DNA of 64,000 nucleotides from an uncultured Candidatus Bathyarchaeia archaeon (GCA_964513245.1 CAZELO010000012.1:2282-66281); one strand, 5' to 3'; counted from the first letter of the stretch, positions 44,692-54,655 are shown. The notes: generated by a model not told the origin, from the letters alone. Translations and numbers: made by a program.

Positions 44692-45015
44692 CTATCTTTT
44701 GCGAGTGAGCGCGTAGATAGCCCCTGCAACAATGAGCACTCCGATGATGATTGCTATAATGGGTCCAACCAAAGGTCCAATTTCCAGTCCCAAGAGCGTT
44801 GTAAACCCGTAGAGAACGATAATCATTCCTATGATTATACCCGCGATTGCTCCGCCATGAGGAAGCCCGAAGCATTCGTCTTCTGCGCGTTTTTCCCCAA
44901 AACAGCTGTCATCTCGTTTTTCTCTTGTTGTTTTGGGATATAGTGAAGCTCCGCAATTGACGCAGAATTTTGCGCCGTCTTCATTTTTTGTGCCACATTT
45001 AGTACAATGAGTCAT
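44692..45015 (-). CDS. zinc-ribbon membrane protein
   Basis: MTHCTKCGTKNEDGAKFCVNCGASL, then two hydrophobic helices. This is the same architecture as 5961-6347. The track start at 45042 lies inside repeat family R. Confidence 0.6.
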   Translation of the reverse strand: MTHCTKCGTKNEDGAKFCVNCGASLYPKTTREKRDDSCFGEKRAEDECFGLPHGGAIAGIIIGMIIVLYGFTTLLGLEIGPLVGPIIAIIIGVLIVAGAIYALTRKR

Positions 45016-45035
45016 GAGCATTACCAATACTATGT

Positions 45036-45183
45036 TAACCATTTTTACTTTTAAGGTTTTACACTGGAGGAAAATGGTGCTTCAGCAGACTGAAACTCTG
45101 AAGAAAGTAAAATAGGATTGAGATAGAATCGAGAGATTGCGTGTAAACTAGAGCCAGAGGATTATCACCGGATAGGTAATCGA
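45036..45183. repeat. copy 2 of the family R element
   Basis: See 36376-36520. Stems TTACAC/GTGTAA (45059-45064 with 45141-45146) and CTTCAG/CTGAAG (45080-45085 with 45098-45103). It fills the whole spacer between two minus-strand genes. Confidence 0.65.
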
Positions 45184-46677
45184 TTAGCCTGTAGCCATCC
45201 TAAAGTGTCTTTTTAAGATGATTAAGGCTACAACGACTAAGGCCGCTATGGAAGATAACACTAGATAGCCCCTCAAGTTAGGATTGCTTGCGGGGGATGT
45301 AGTTGGGGCATAATAAACAGTGTATACGGGGTCATGCTCGATTTTGTAGCCGCTATAGTGAGGATAGGAGATCAGGAAGAGGTAATCTGCACGTGTCATG
45401 TTACTTACTATCTCTTTTGCCCTCTCGAACAATTCAGGATACATATGCACCAAAATCAGGGGCAAATACTTGGAGAAGTTCCCTTGATATTTTAAGAGCT
45501 CTTGGTTTCTAGCGTAATCACTGATGTTTGCGGTTCGAGCGATGGCTTCATAAGTTTGGAATGTCGTTTCTTCTGGATCTTCTGTATAGTTGAAAAGGTT
45601 GTAGGTTTCTTTGACACCGAAGGCTACATCAGCTATCTTTTCGCCACCATCTGCGTAGGTTGAAATCGTTGAATTACCAACGAAGACCTCGCTATTTCCG
45701 ATATTCTGTCCAGTAGATGAGGTGCTGTGGGTGTTTCCATCTTCAATGACTGACGTTTGGTACTCAACGATACTCATTTTGATGTTATTCTTCTCGAGAA
45801 ACGTGTAGATAGTCTCATTAGATAGTTTATTCCTGTACATGTAGCAGCCTGTACTATTGTAGTGATTATAAATGGGCCAGACCATGAACCAGCCTCCGAA
45901 AATCCAGAGGTCGCGCATTCGCCCTATGGCGAAGTCCTGCGATATGGTAGCTTTGTGGTTCTTCGGGTCGATGTTGAGGGTATAGTTGAAGGTCAGTTCG
46001 TCATAGGTCGCGAGGCCCCACGGTCTGCTCGTGTCAGTCTCATTTCCTTCTGTTATGTGGGTTGTTATCCATAGAGCTGTCAGATTTGTATATTTCATGC
46101 CCCACTTCCAAGTTAGCCCATCATTTGAGGGTGTCAAGGGATAAATCTCCGATTTACTGTTGAAAGAGGGCAATTGGAGATTGGGGAACATTTGATTTAG
46201 GTTAAGGCCGAAACTGAAGGAAGCCCAGAGCGTATCATTCCTATCTGGCGAATTATTGTAAACTGAATCTACAGTGTCATTGAACCCCATGATCATCAAG
46301 AAGGACGAGGCGACTAGCGCATCGTTTTTGCTTTGCTCTGTTTTGTAGTGTAATAGTATTGACTGCATGGGAATTGTGAGGAAGGCTTGGTCAGCTAGAC
46401 TGATGTTGCATAATCCTGTGTATACCATTTGCAGACCGGTCTTATTCACGTAGGCTACATAAACATTGGCGTGCCACGCATCTGGAGGCTCGGGTAATCC
46501 GTTGAGAAGTGCCCATGCTCGTGCATAGTCAAAATAGTCAATGGTTTTAGCGAAGCTCTCCTTTTGAAAATCCGTTTTTAACAAGTTTTCCGCCGAGACA
46601 GGGACCATTATGAGCGAGGCGAATAGACTGACAATCATGAAAAAGACTGAGAAAATCTTGATTTTCAAGGAGTCCAC
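45184..46677 (-). CDS. secreted, C-terminally anchored protein of unknown function
   Basis: 497 aa. N-terminal signal-like IFSVFFMIVSLFASLIMVPVSA, C-terminal TM YLVLSSIAALVVVALIIL plus KRH, and many N-x-S/T sequons. No recognised domain. Confidence 0.6.
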   Translation of the reverse strand: MDSLKIKIFSVFFMIVSLFASLIMVPVSAENLLKTDFQKESFAKTIDYFDYARAWALLNGLPEPPDAWHANVYVAYVNKTGLQMVYTGLCNISLADQAFLTIPMQSILLHYKTEQSKNDALVASSFLMIMGFNDTVDSVYNNSPDRNDTLWASFSFGLNLNQMFPNLQLPSFNSKSEIYPLTPSNDGLTWKWGMKYTNLTALWITTHITEGNETDTSRPWGLATYDELTFNYTLNIDPKNHKATISQDFAIGRMRDLWIFGGWFMVWPIYNHYNSTGCYMYRNKLSNETIYTFLEKNNIKMSIVEYQTSVIEDGNTHSTSSTGQNIGNSEVFVGNSTISTYADGGEKIADVAFGVKETYNLFNYTEDPEETTFQTYEAIARTANISDYARNQELLKYQGNFSKYLPLILVHMYPELFERAKEIVSNMTRADYLFLISYPHYSGYKIEHDPVYTVYYAPTTSPASNPNLRGYLVLSSIAALVVVALIILKRHFRMATG

Positions 46678-46926
46678 CAGTTTTGTAATGGCAATTGAAA
46701 GCTCGATAAATTAATTATTTATGAATTGAAGAAGTATATTACAGACAAATATTTGTGACGTAATGTTGCTCAAATTTATACACCAATGTCTAACTCGACC
46801 GCACGAGAAGGCGTATTATCACACATGATAATGCAATGCGATAATAATCTACACTGCTCTCAATTGTAAAATGTTTCTTAATCCGAGAACAAGCGTAGAT
46901 AGCGGCATATTTGTGTTGGTGAGAAT

Positions 46927-47149
46927 ATGCCAGTAGTTAAAAGAGCAGAGTTGATAGGCTCTTCGCCAGACGGGTGGAAAGAGGCAACAGAGAACGTTCT
47001 CAAAAAGGTCTGCCAAGACAACCAAGAATATAAAGGGCGTCTACTTAGAGAGACGCACTGCCAAAGTAGAAAACAACAAGATTGTTGAATACAGAGCAGT
47101 TGTCAAGTTGGCTATCGTTGTAGAAAGAGAAAAACAAAATAGCCATTAA
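46927..47149 (+). pseudogene. dodecin (flavin-storage protein) gene with a +1 frameshift in an A5 run
   Basis: Not in the track (both pieces <60 aa). Frame 1 reads MPVVKRAELIGSSPDGWKEATENVLK..., then nonsense to a stop at 47086. Skipping one A of AAAAA (47002-47006) gives ...ENVLKRSAKTTKNIKGVYLERRTAKVENNKIVEYRAVVKLAIVVERE, a full-length dodecin pattern (KxxELxGxSxxxxxxA...AxKTxxNIxG...KIVEYRVxVKVxFxxE). Confidence 0.6.
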
Positions 47150-47483
47150 ACTGCCATCAAGACACTAAGCCATTACGATGAATCCCCATACAATTAATTG
47201 TATGGAAAGCAGGTTCAGAAGTCTAAAAAAGCAAATTTCAGGCGTAATAATGATTTGAATGGTTCAACTTCTGCATGAAGTGGAGAAAGATAGCGGAAGG
47301 TAACAACATTTCTTAACGGACCTTCATTAACAGGATTTAAAGGTTAGTTTGTATTCCTAATAATCTAAGTCCTATAGTAAAGGCTTTTGTTCTGATTCTG
47401 TTTGATATGTGACAATCGTGGATGTGGAGAGATGGCTAAGATCTCAAGTATTATTATATGTTTTTACTAACCTTTAACAACAA

Positions 47484-47640
47484 AGGTTTCGAGAGTTATG
47501 GAAAAGTTTATATGCGAGACCACCTTCCCCATACACGGTATATCAAAAATAAAAAGCCGATTATTAGTTTGGACTTCGGGAGATGTCTCCAGTTTCGGTC
47601 GAGAATAGGCTACCCCGGCTTTGTGTTGGGCTGTTCTAGT
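47484..47640 (-). repeat. copy 3 of the family X element; contains a 15 nt exact copy of the tRNA 5-prime end
   Basis: GGTATATCAA...AAAAAGC...TTAG..GGACTTCGGGAGAT is shared with copy 1. TAGGCTACCCCGGCT (47606-47620) is identical to 17502-17516. It lies directly downstream of the ABC-2 permease stop codon. Confidence 0.55.
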
Positions 47641-47704
47641 CAGCAAATTAGCCAGATGTACATAAAAACCGTGTTGATATTCAGCACTTCATTGAATCGG
47701 CGTT

Positions 47705-48448
47705 TTAGAGGTCTTTCTCCGAAAAGTAAAGTGTGGATAGTCCTGTTGTGGCTGCTGCTACCGCGGCGAAGCTTACAGCTGTCTTCCATTCTTCTCCGGT
47801 CCATATGCCTTTGATGAGATCGGGCAGATGGTTTGCGAGGTCGCTTGGGGACAGGAAGCCGAGGTCCAGCAGGGGGAAGAAGAAGGTCATGGAGTACCAT
47901 AGGATCAGAAGCACGATTATGGATATGACTGTGCTCGGCATCACGGTGCTCAGCGTAACGCCTATACTTGTCAGCATGATCAGGGCAAGGGCTACGAAGA
48001 GTATTGAGGTTACTAGCCCGTAGATTTCGTAGTCGTTTTTCAGCATCTTCAGAGATACGCCTACGAGAACAGCCGTTATCGACAGGTACATGATCATCAC
48101 GTAGCAGATGCGGGAGGAGAATTTCGCCAGAATATAGTCGTAGCGCTTCACGGATTTGCTCATGATCGAATCAGCGAATTCGCCCGCTTCGGAGGCAACG
48201 GCACTTGCCGTCATCCCTATGACCAGCATGTTCCAAATGTACATGAAGTCTGAAAGCCCAAGAGCGATTATTCTGGAAGTTGTGCCGAGAAGGACTGCGG
48301 TCAAAACCCTGATGACCGAAAGGAAGATTCCAGCCAGCAGCCAAGCATAGGTTATCTTGCTCTTGAACAAGCCTTCCAAATCGGCTTGCATTATGGCCCA
48401 GAAGGGGCTAAGCGTCTCTTTAAGATTTGACTGCCCTGAGGAACCCAC
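47705..48448 (-). CDS. ABC-2 type transporter permease
   Basis: 247 aa with six hydrophobic helices. It overlaps the upstream ATPase gene by 29 nt. Confidence 0.7.
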   Translation of the reverse strand: MGSSGQSNLKETLSPFWAIMQADLEGLFKSKITYAWLLAGIFLSVIRVLTAVLLGTTSRIIALGLSDFMYIWNMLVIGMTASAVASEAGEFADSIMSKSVKRYDYILAKFSSRICYVMIMYLSITAVLVGVSLKMLKNDYEIYGLVTSILFVALALIMLTSIGVTLSTVMPSTVISIIVLLILWYSMTFFFPLLDLGFLSPSDLANHLPDLIKGIWTGEEWKTAVSFAAVAAATTGLSTLYFSEKDL

Positions 48449-49391
48449 TTGCCTCTTCCTCCTCCAACAGTTTCAAGAAGGCATCTTCGATTGTGGATGC
48501 CGCGGAATTTATCGATATCAGGTCTAAGCCGCACTGCGAAACGGCGTCTACGGTTTCCTTGACGATTTTTGCCGGCGAGACGTTGGCGTCGAAAGTTATG
48601 TCCACAATGAAGTCCCCCATCTTCTCTAGGTTGACTATCCCCTTGATCGACCGCATCTTCTGGCATAACAGGTCTATGTTGCCGTCAACCTCCAGCCTGA
48701 GAACATTGTTCTTGATGGACTTCTTCATCTCCTTTATCGAGCCAGAATAGATTATCTTTCCCTCGTTTATTATGCCCACGTGAGTACATATTCTGTCAAT
48801 GTCGCCCAAGATGTGCGACGAAACAAAGATGCTCTTCTCCTTTCCAAGCTCCTTGATAAGATCCAAAGTTGACTTTCTCCCCGCGGGATCCAACCCGGAA
48901 GTAGGCTCGTCGAGAATGAGCAGCTCTGGATCGTTCATGAGGGACGCTGCCAAGCCCAGCCGTGTGACCATTCCCGTTGAGAAACCCTTTATCTCTCTCG
49001 ACGCGCTTGGCAGAAGTTCAACAGCCCTAAGAAGCCGGGAGAGCCTTGTCATCCTCTCGTCTTTGGTCAGATGGAAGAGCCTGCCGATAAAATCGAGATA
49101 GGTGATGGGCGTCATCTTGGGTGGAAACTTCGGGTTCGTGGGCAGGTACCCGATTCTCTTGCGAAGACGCGAAGAATTGAAGGTCATCTCCTCGCCTAAG
49201 ACCTTGACTTTTCCAGCGGTAGGCTTGATCAATCCCAACAGCAGCCTTATCGTCGTCGTTTTTCCCGCGCCGTTCGGACCGAGAAAGCCGTAGATTGCTC
49301 CTTCCTCAACGTGCAGGTTCACGTTGTTGACGGCTATGAGCTTACGATTAAAGATCTTTGTCAGGTTATTCGTCTCAATGACGTAGCTCAT
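48420..49391 (-). CDS. ABC transporter ATP-binding protein with a C-terminal extension
   Basis: Walker A GPNGAGKTTT, signature FSTGMVTRL, Walker B LLILDEPTSGLD, plus a ~90 aa extra C-terminal domain. Confidence 0.9.
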   Translation of the reverse strand: MSYVIETNNLTKIFNRKLIAVNNVNLHVEEGAIYGFLGPNGAGKTTTIRLLLGLIKPTAGKVKVLGEEMTFNSSRLRKRIGYLPTNPKFPPKMTPITYLDFIGRLFHLTKDERMTRLSRLLRAVELLPSASREIKGFSTGMVTRLGLAASLMNDPELLILDEPTSGLDPAGRKSTLDLIKELGKEKSIFVSSHILGDIDRICTHVGIINEGKIIYSGSIKEMKKSIKNNVLRLEVDGNIDLLCQKMRSIKGIVNLEKMGDFIVDITFDANVSPAKIVKETVDAVSQCGLDLISINSAASTIEDAFLKLLEEEEASGFLRAVKS

Positions 49392-49736
49392 TTCCCATAG
49401 TCCTCTAAGCGTCGTCTTCCAAAAACAAAATGGTCAATGCAATATAAAAAGCGGATTGATCTCTGGTGCACATTTAAAATTCTGCTTGAGGCTGTTCTGT
49501 CGATCAGATCGGGCTCGTGTTCACAGCTGATAGATCATTGGGCATGGCGCCGCTATGCGTTAATTGTGAAGATGCTTTTTTATGAACGTTTGTTGAGTGC
49601 CTAGGCTCACGCTATGTTCTTGGCAATCAGGTCATGGCATGATATGATCACATGGATTTTGAGTTCACAATTCTTTTTACTTTTTGAGGGGCAGTTTCTA
49701 TCTGTGCCTGAATTCCGGAGCACAGCTGTGAATGGA

Positions 49737-50177
49737 ATGGCTAAGATCCTGATTATCGATGATGATGTGGCTATGCGTGAGACGCTCAAAGATATACTGG
49801 CAGTACAGGGGCACGTTGTTGAGACTGCTGGAACGGCGAAAGAGGCGATTGCGAAGTCGTGGCGTGGCTTCTTCAACCTGGCGCTGATAGATATCAAGCT
49901 TCCTGACATAGAAGGAACTGAACTCCTGACTGAATTGAAGGATACCCTTCCGAAGATGATCAAGATAATCGTCACGGGTTACCCGTCACTAGATAACGCT
50001 ATCAAAGCGGTCAACAGGGGCGCTGACGGATACGTGTTGAAACCTTTCCAGATTGACGCGCTCCTCATGACGATCGAAGAGCAGCTTAGGAAACAGAAAG
50101 AAGCAAGAAGGTACTGCGAAGAGAAAATCGGCGAGTTCATTTTATCCCGAACAAAAGAACTGGCTGTGCCAGAATAA
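49737..50177 (+). CDS. response regulator, receiver domain only (CheY-like)
   Basis: MAKILIIDDDVAMRETL...LALIDIKLPDIEG...KIIVTGYPS...GADGYVLKP. ATG 49737 is preferred over the long track start at 49614. Confidence 0.85.
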   Translation: MAKILIIDDDVAMRETLKDILAVQGHVVETAGTAKEAIAKSWRGFFNLALIDIKLPDIEGTELLTELKDTLPKMIKIIVTGYPSLDNAIKAVNRGADGYVLKPFQIDALLMTIEEQLRKQKEARRYCEEKIGEFILSRTKELAVPE

Positions 50178-50196
50178 TCCGTTATATCCGTAAAGC

Positions 50197-50394
50197 ATGA
50201 ACGACAGGCAGGGGGAATCTAACATGTTCTCAACAAAATTTTTGGATTTTTTTGGCAAGGACCTCAATAATCAAGTAGTCGAGAAACGACAGATCACGTT
50301 TGAACTGAGAAAGAAGCGAAAAAATGAGCCGCCTTCTTTCAGAGCACAGCGAGGGCTCCTAGAAGAAAATACGGTGCATAGGAGCGATCTGTAG
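50197..50394 (+). CDS. hypothetical small protein, possibly translationally coupled to the kinase gene
   Basis: 65 aa ORF whose stop lies 2 nt before the kinase start. No motif recognised. Confidence 0.25.
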   Translation: MNDRQGESNMFSTKFLDFFGKDLNNQVVEKRQITFELRKKRKNEPPSFRAQRGLLEENTVHRSDL

Positions 50395-50396
50395 CC

Positions 50397-52436
50397 TTGC
50401 TTGCACAGTCTAAGTCAAAAATAGCCGAGACGGACACCGAAGAATTTGAAGAGATTGTATCGGAGACTATAGATGAGGTCCTTAGAGAGGTACTTGGGGA
50501 GAAATCTACTGAGGTAATATATGGCTATCTCGAGGACAATGTGTGTCCCGTCTTGGAAATTCCCTTGAACCTTCCCGCCTTCTCTGAAACTTTGAACGGT
50601 CTGTTGCTGGGAAGGAAGAGCACCATGGGAATGTCCAGAGAGATAACTGAGCTCGGCACGGTCTCTCTCTTGGAAAGGGCGATCGCAAAAGTGTTATGCG
50701 AGAAGCTAGGTGCGGATTTCACCGAGGTCGGTCCCATCAACCTCCCAACTTTCATCGGACGCCTAAGAGTTGCGTGGACACAGAAAACAAAGACCGCGAA
50801 CCAATCTCTTAAGCAGGACGTAGAAAGAGCAGAAAATGAAGAGGCGGGTGGAGCGTCAACGACTGAGCAGGTTCCACGTCGAGCCTTGTTATTCGGCACT
50901 GAAGATGTGTTGAGAGCTATACTTGCCTCGTCTCCCGAAGCCATCACGCTCACCGATCTGGACGCGAACATAGTAGAATGCAGCCAAGCAACCTTGAGCC
51001 TTCACGGGTTCCAGTCTAGAGAGGAACTGATCGGCAAAAGTGCTTTCACCCTAATTGCTGAGAAGGATCGTGCCAAAGCCGTCCTCCTCATGAAAAACTT
51101 GGTTGAGAAAGGCTTGGTGAAAAACGTTGAATGCACACTCTTGACTAAGGATGGGAAAGAGTTCCCGGCTGAAATATGTGGAATCTTGATTAGGGATTCC
51201 TCTGGAAGACCTCTAAGCATTGTGGCAATATCAAAGGACCTCACGGAGCGCAAGAAAGCCGAGGAATTGTTCAACCGTGAACATCGGCTTCTACATGTTC
51301 TTATGGATAACATTCCAGATATATCTGTCTACTTCAAGGACAGATCCTCCAGATTCACGCTGATAAACAAGGCGCATGCAGAAAGGATGGGGTTCAACAG
51401 CGCAGATGAAGCGATCGGAAAGACGGACTTCGACTTCTACTCGAAAGAATTTGCCCAAGAAACCTACAATGACGAACAAGAGATCATGAAAAAAGGACAG
51501 CCTCTGATTCACAAAATCGAAAAAGTAACGAAACCTAATGCGCCAGACCGCTGGGTTCTAGCCACAAAAGTGCCAATCAAAGACGAAGAGGGACAAATCA
51601 CAGGCATAGTGGGCATATCCAAAGACGTGACCGAAATCTTTGAGATGAAAGAGGAACTCAGGAAGCGGTCCGAAGAGCTTGAGAGACTTGTTGAAGAAAA
51701 GACGGCAAAGCTGCAGGCCGCGCAGAGACTGGCTACAATAGGCGAGACCGTAGCCATGGTGGGTCACGATATCCGCAACCCATCGCAGGCCATAGTTGGT
51801 TTTCTTTATCTCATGAGGAAAAAGTTGCGGTCGCTGTCCAGCCCAGAGAAACAGGGACTAAGCGATCTATGCGACAAGATTGAGATACAAGTCAAATACA
51901 TAGACAAGATAGTTTCTGACCTTCAGGACCTCGCGAGACCACTTCAACCTGAACTTGTCGAGACAGATATACAGGCGCTGATACGCGAAATAATATCGTC
52001 AGCCATGATCCCTGAAGAAGCTGAAGTCGCCGTGAATGTTGTTGGAACAGGAAAAGATCCGAGAATCGACCCAGTGCTGATGAAACGAGTGCTTACAAAC
52101 ATGATCGCTAATGCCCTACAGGCTATGCCTTCAGGAGGAAGGCTGGGGGTAAGAATAGTCAAGAAAGAAGAAGGCACGTTCGTAAGTATAAGCGACACGG
52201 GTGTAGGCATATCCGAAGAAAACATGAACAGGATCTTTCAACCTTTTTTCACGACAAAATCGAGGGGGCAAGGCCTCGGACTATTCGTCTGCAAACTGCT
52301 GGTTGAAGCCCAAGGCGGCAGCATCACGGTTGAAAGCAAACTTGGAAAGGGCACCACATTCACGATCAAGATGCCGCGAGACTCAGAAACGGCTCAGAAG
52401 CAGCGTTCTCCTTTGAAGCCACCACGCAAGAATTGA
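50397..52436 (+). CDS. sensor histidine kinase with two PAS domains and an unassigned ~170 aa N-terminal domain
   Basis: PAS-like blocks (ILASSPEAITLTDLDANIVECSQA..., LLHVLMDNIPDISVYFKDRSSRFTLINKAH...). HisKA H-box VAMVGHDIRNP. HATPase N/G boxes NMIANALQAM, DTGVGI, FFTTKSRGQGLGL, GKGTTF. TTG start. Confidence 0.85.
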   Translation: MLAQSKSKIAETDTEEFEEIVSETIDEVLREVLGEKSTEVIYGYLEDNVCPVLEIPLNLPAFSETLNGLLLGRKSTMGMSREITELGTVSLLERAIAKVLCEKLGADFTEVGPINLPTFIGRLRVAWTQKTKTANQSLKQDVERAENEEAGGASTTEQVPRRALLFGTEDVLRAILASSPEAITLTDLDANIVECSQATLSLHGFQSREELIGKSAFTLIAEKDRAKAVLLMKNLVEKGLVKNVECTLLTKDGKEFPAEICGILIRDSSGRPLSIVAISKDLTERKKAEELFNREHRLLHVLMDNIPDISVYFKDRSSRFTLINKAHAERMGFNSADEAIGKTDFDFYSKEFAQETYNDEQEIMKKGQPLIHKIEKVTKPNAPDRWVLATKVPIKDEEGQITGIVGISKDVTEIFEMKEELRKRSEELERLVEEKTAKLQAAQRLATIGETVAMVGHDIRNPSQAIVGFLYLMRKKLRSLSSPEKQGLSDLCDKIEIQVKYIDKIVSDLQDLARPLQPELVETDIQALIREIISSAMIPEEAEVAVNVVGTGKDPRIDPVLMKRVLTNMIANALQAMPSGGRLGVRIVKKEEGTFVSISDTGVGISEENMNRIFQPFFTTKSRGQGLGLFVCKLLVEAQGGSITVESKLGKGTTFTIKMPRDSETAQKQRSPLKPPRKN

Positions 52437-52477
52437 GCAGCCAATTCAAAGGGGCTTGCGAGATAGGCTGACTGGCT

Positions 52478-52978
52478 CTACCAGGGCAGTTTGCCATGCT
52501 TTTTGACGTAGTTGACGAGTCCGCCGTTGGACAGGACCTCCCAGAGCTCGTGCGGTATGGTCTTTATCGGGTATGTCTCATTCCGCGTAAGGTTCTTTAC
52601 GTAGCCCTCGCGTAGATTAACCTCAAGCAGGTCGCCCTCCCTTATGGCGTCAACATCTTTGCATTCGACCGGCGGCAAGCCGATGTTCATGGCGTTGCGA
52701 TAAAAGATGCGCGCGAAGGACTTAGCCACAACCGCACCTATGCCGAGATGCTTCAAAACCAGTGGAGCCTGCTCACGGCTTGAACCACAGCCGAAATTGC
52801 GCCCGGCAACGATCAGGTCGCCTTTTTGGGCTTTCTGCGCGAAGTCCAGCATGGCGCCTTCCATAGCGTGTTTTGCCAATTCGTTCAGGTCGGTTATGCT
52901 TAGCTTGTATTTTCCAGCGATTACGAGGTCCGTGTTGATGTCGTCGCCGAACTTCCAAACCTTGCCCTTAATCTGCAT
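52478..52978 (-). CDS. aconitase-family small subunit (LeuD/HacB-like), second copy
   Basis: 166 aa. GKVWKFGDDINTDLVIAGKY...NFGCGSSREQAP. Confidence 0.85.
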   Translation of the reverse strand: MQIKGKVWKFGDDINTDLVIAGKYKLSITDLNELAKHAMEGAMLDFAQKAQKGDLIVAGRNFGCGSSREQAPLVLKHLGIGAVVAKSFARIFYRNAMNIGLPPVECKDVDAIREGDLLEVNLREGYVKNLTRNETYPIKTIPHELWEVLSNGGLVNYVKKHGKLPW

Positions 52979-52986
52979 TTGGCTTT

Positions 52987-54249
52987 TTACCTCCTCTCCA
53001 CAAGTCTTCTGGGATCAGTTATCCTGCCTTCAATGGCTGTTGCGGCGGCGGTAGCAGGCGAGACAAGATAGATGCCGGCATCAACACTTCCCATGCGCCC
53101 CCTGAAGTTGCGGTTCGACGTTGACACGCATATCTCGCCGGGAGCCAAGATGCCCTGATGGGCACCAGCGCATGGACCGCAGCCTGGATTGCAGACAGCG
53201 CAGCCGGCATTCAAGAATGTTTCGATCAGCCCCGCGCCTAGTGCTTGGAGGTAAACCCTTTTCGACGCAGGTGTCACTATCATGCGGACGCCTTTAGCCA
53301 GTTTCTTTCCCTTCAGGATTTCGGCTGCTACGCTCAGGTCTTCGAGCCGCCCGTTTGTGCAGGAGCCCAGAAAGACCTGGTTGACTTCTTTGCCTTCCAG
53401 TTCTTTGACTGGTTTGACGTTGTCCACGTTGTGGGGGCACGAGATTTGCGGTTCTAAGCTGGAGGCATCCAGCCTGAGGGTCTCAGAGAATTTGGCGTCG
53501 TCGTCGCTTTTGTAGCCCTCCGCTGGCTTGTGTCCCAAGGCGGCTAGGTAGTTCAACGTTTTCTGGTCTGGTTCGACTATGCCTGCTTTGGCGCCCATTT
53601 CGACAGCCATGTTGCACAGCGTCAAGCGTCCCTCAACGCTCATAGATTGGACGGCGGAGCCGCAGAACTCTATTGCCTTGTAGGTTGCTCCATCAGCCCC
53701 GACCACTCCGCATGTCTTCAGGATCACGTCTTTGGGGAAAACCATGGGCGGCAAAGTGCCTTCAACGCTGATCTTCATGGTCTCGGGAACCTTGAACCAG
53801 AGCTTGCCTGAAAGGAAGACCGCCGCCATCTCAGTCGAGCCTATGCCCGTTGCGAAGGCGCCGACCGCCCCGTAAGTGCACGTATGAGAGTCCGAGCCGA
53901 CGACAAGGCTGCCCGGATAGGCATGACCCGATTCGATCATCAGCTGGTGGCAGACGCCTGAGCCGACCTCGAAGAAGTTTGCGCCGTATTTGGCGGCGAA
54001 CTCCCGCATCGTCTTATGCACTTTCGAGAAGGCTTCGGTGGCGCTTGGGGCAACATGATCGACAACGAGGACGACGCGAGAGGGATCCCAAAGATTCGTT
54101 CCACCCATGCCCTGAAAGGCTTCAATGGCTAAAAGAGCGGTGCCATCGTGCGACATGGCGCCGTCAACGGAGGCTATGACGAGATCGCCCGCTTGGGCAT
54201 CCGTCTTAGAAGCTTGACTGAATATCTTCTCAGAGATTGTTTTGCCCAT
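52987..54249 (-). CDS. aconitase-family large subunit (LeuC/HacA-like), second copy
   Basis: MGKTISEKIF...VDHVAPS...GVCHQ...VGSDSHTCTYGA...GSCTNGR...CGPCAG...STSNRNFRGRMG. ATG 54249 is preferred over the TTG track start at 54261. Confidence 0.85.
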   Translation of the reverse strand: MGKTISEKIFSQASKTDAQAGDLVIASVDGAMSHDGTALLAIEAFQGMGGTNLWDPSRVVLVVDHVAPSATEAFSKVHKTMREFAAKYGANFFEVGSGVCHQLMIESGHAYPGSLVVGSDSHTCTYGAVGAFATGIGSTEMAAVFLSGKLWFKVPETMKISVEGTLPPMVFPKDVILKTCGVVGADGATYKAIEFCGSAVQSMSVEGRLTLCNMAVEMGAKAGIVEPDQKTLNYLAALGHKPAEGYKSDDDAKFSETLRLDASSLEPQISCPHNVDNVKPVKELEGKEVNQVFLGSCTNGRLEDLSVAAEILKGKKLAKGVRMIVTPASKRVYLQALGAGLIETFLNAGCAVCNPGCGPCAGAHQGILAPGEICVSTSNRNFRGRMGSVDAGIYLVSPATAAATAIEGRITDPRRLVERR

Positions 54250-54655
54250 GCTGAACCCCAACTAACTGCTGAGACCTCACTAAAAAATATTGTTCTTCGT
54301 CTGTAGGAAGGAATGAGAATTTGGAGCTCATTTCATGCAATGTAAAGAACCGACAGACTGCAAAAACGTTCAACTTGGCAAACAAGCGATCTAGCCGTGA
54401 TGTTCTTGCGTGTGTTCAAATCTCGGAATAGAAGAAATAGTCTTGGAATTTAGTGCGGATTCTACCGGTATCTAACTTTTGTATTTTAAAAATCTTGTAT
54501 AAGTTTGGCTGTCTAATTTCTTCCTTTACAATGACGCTTTCTGGGGTTTATTTTCAAAAATAGACGCCAAAATTTGTTTGATTTTGATTCAAAAGTTATA
54601 TCAAAACTCTTTTAACGATTTGAGACGGATATTTAGACATCGGGAAGCTGGTGAA

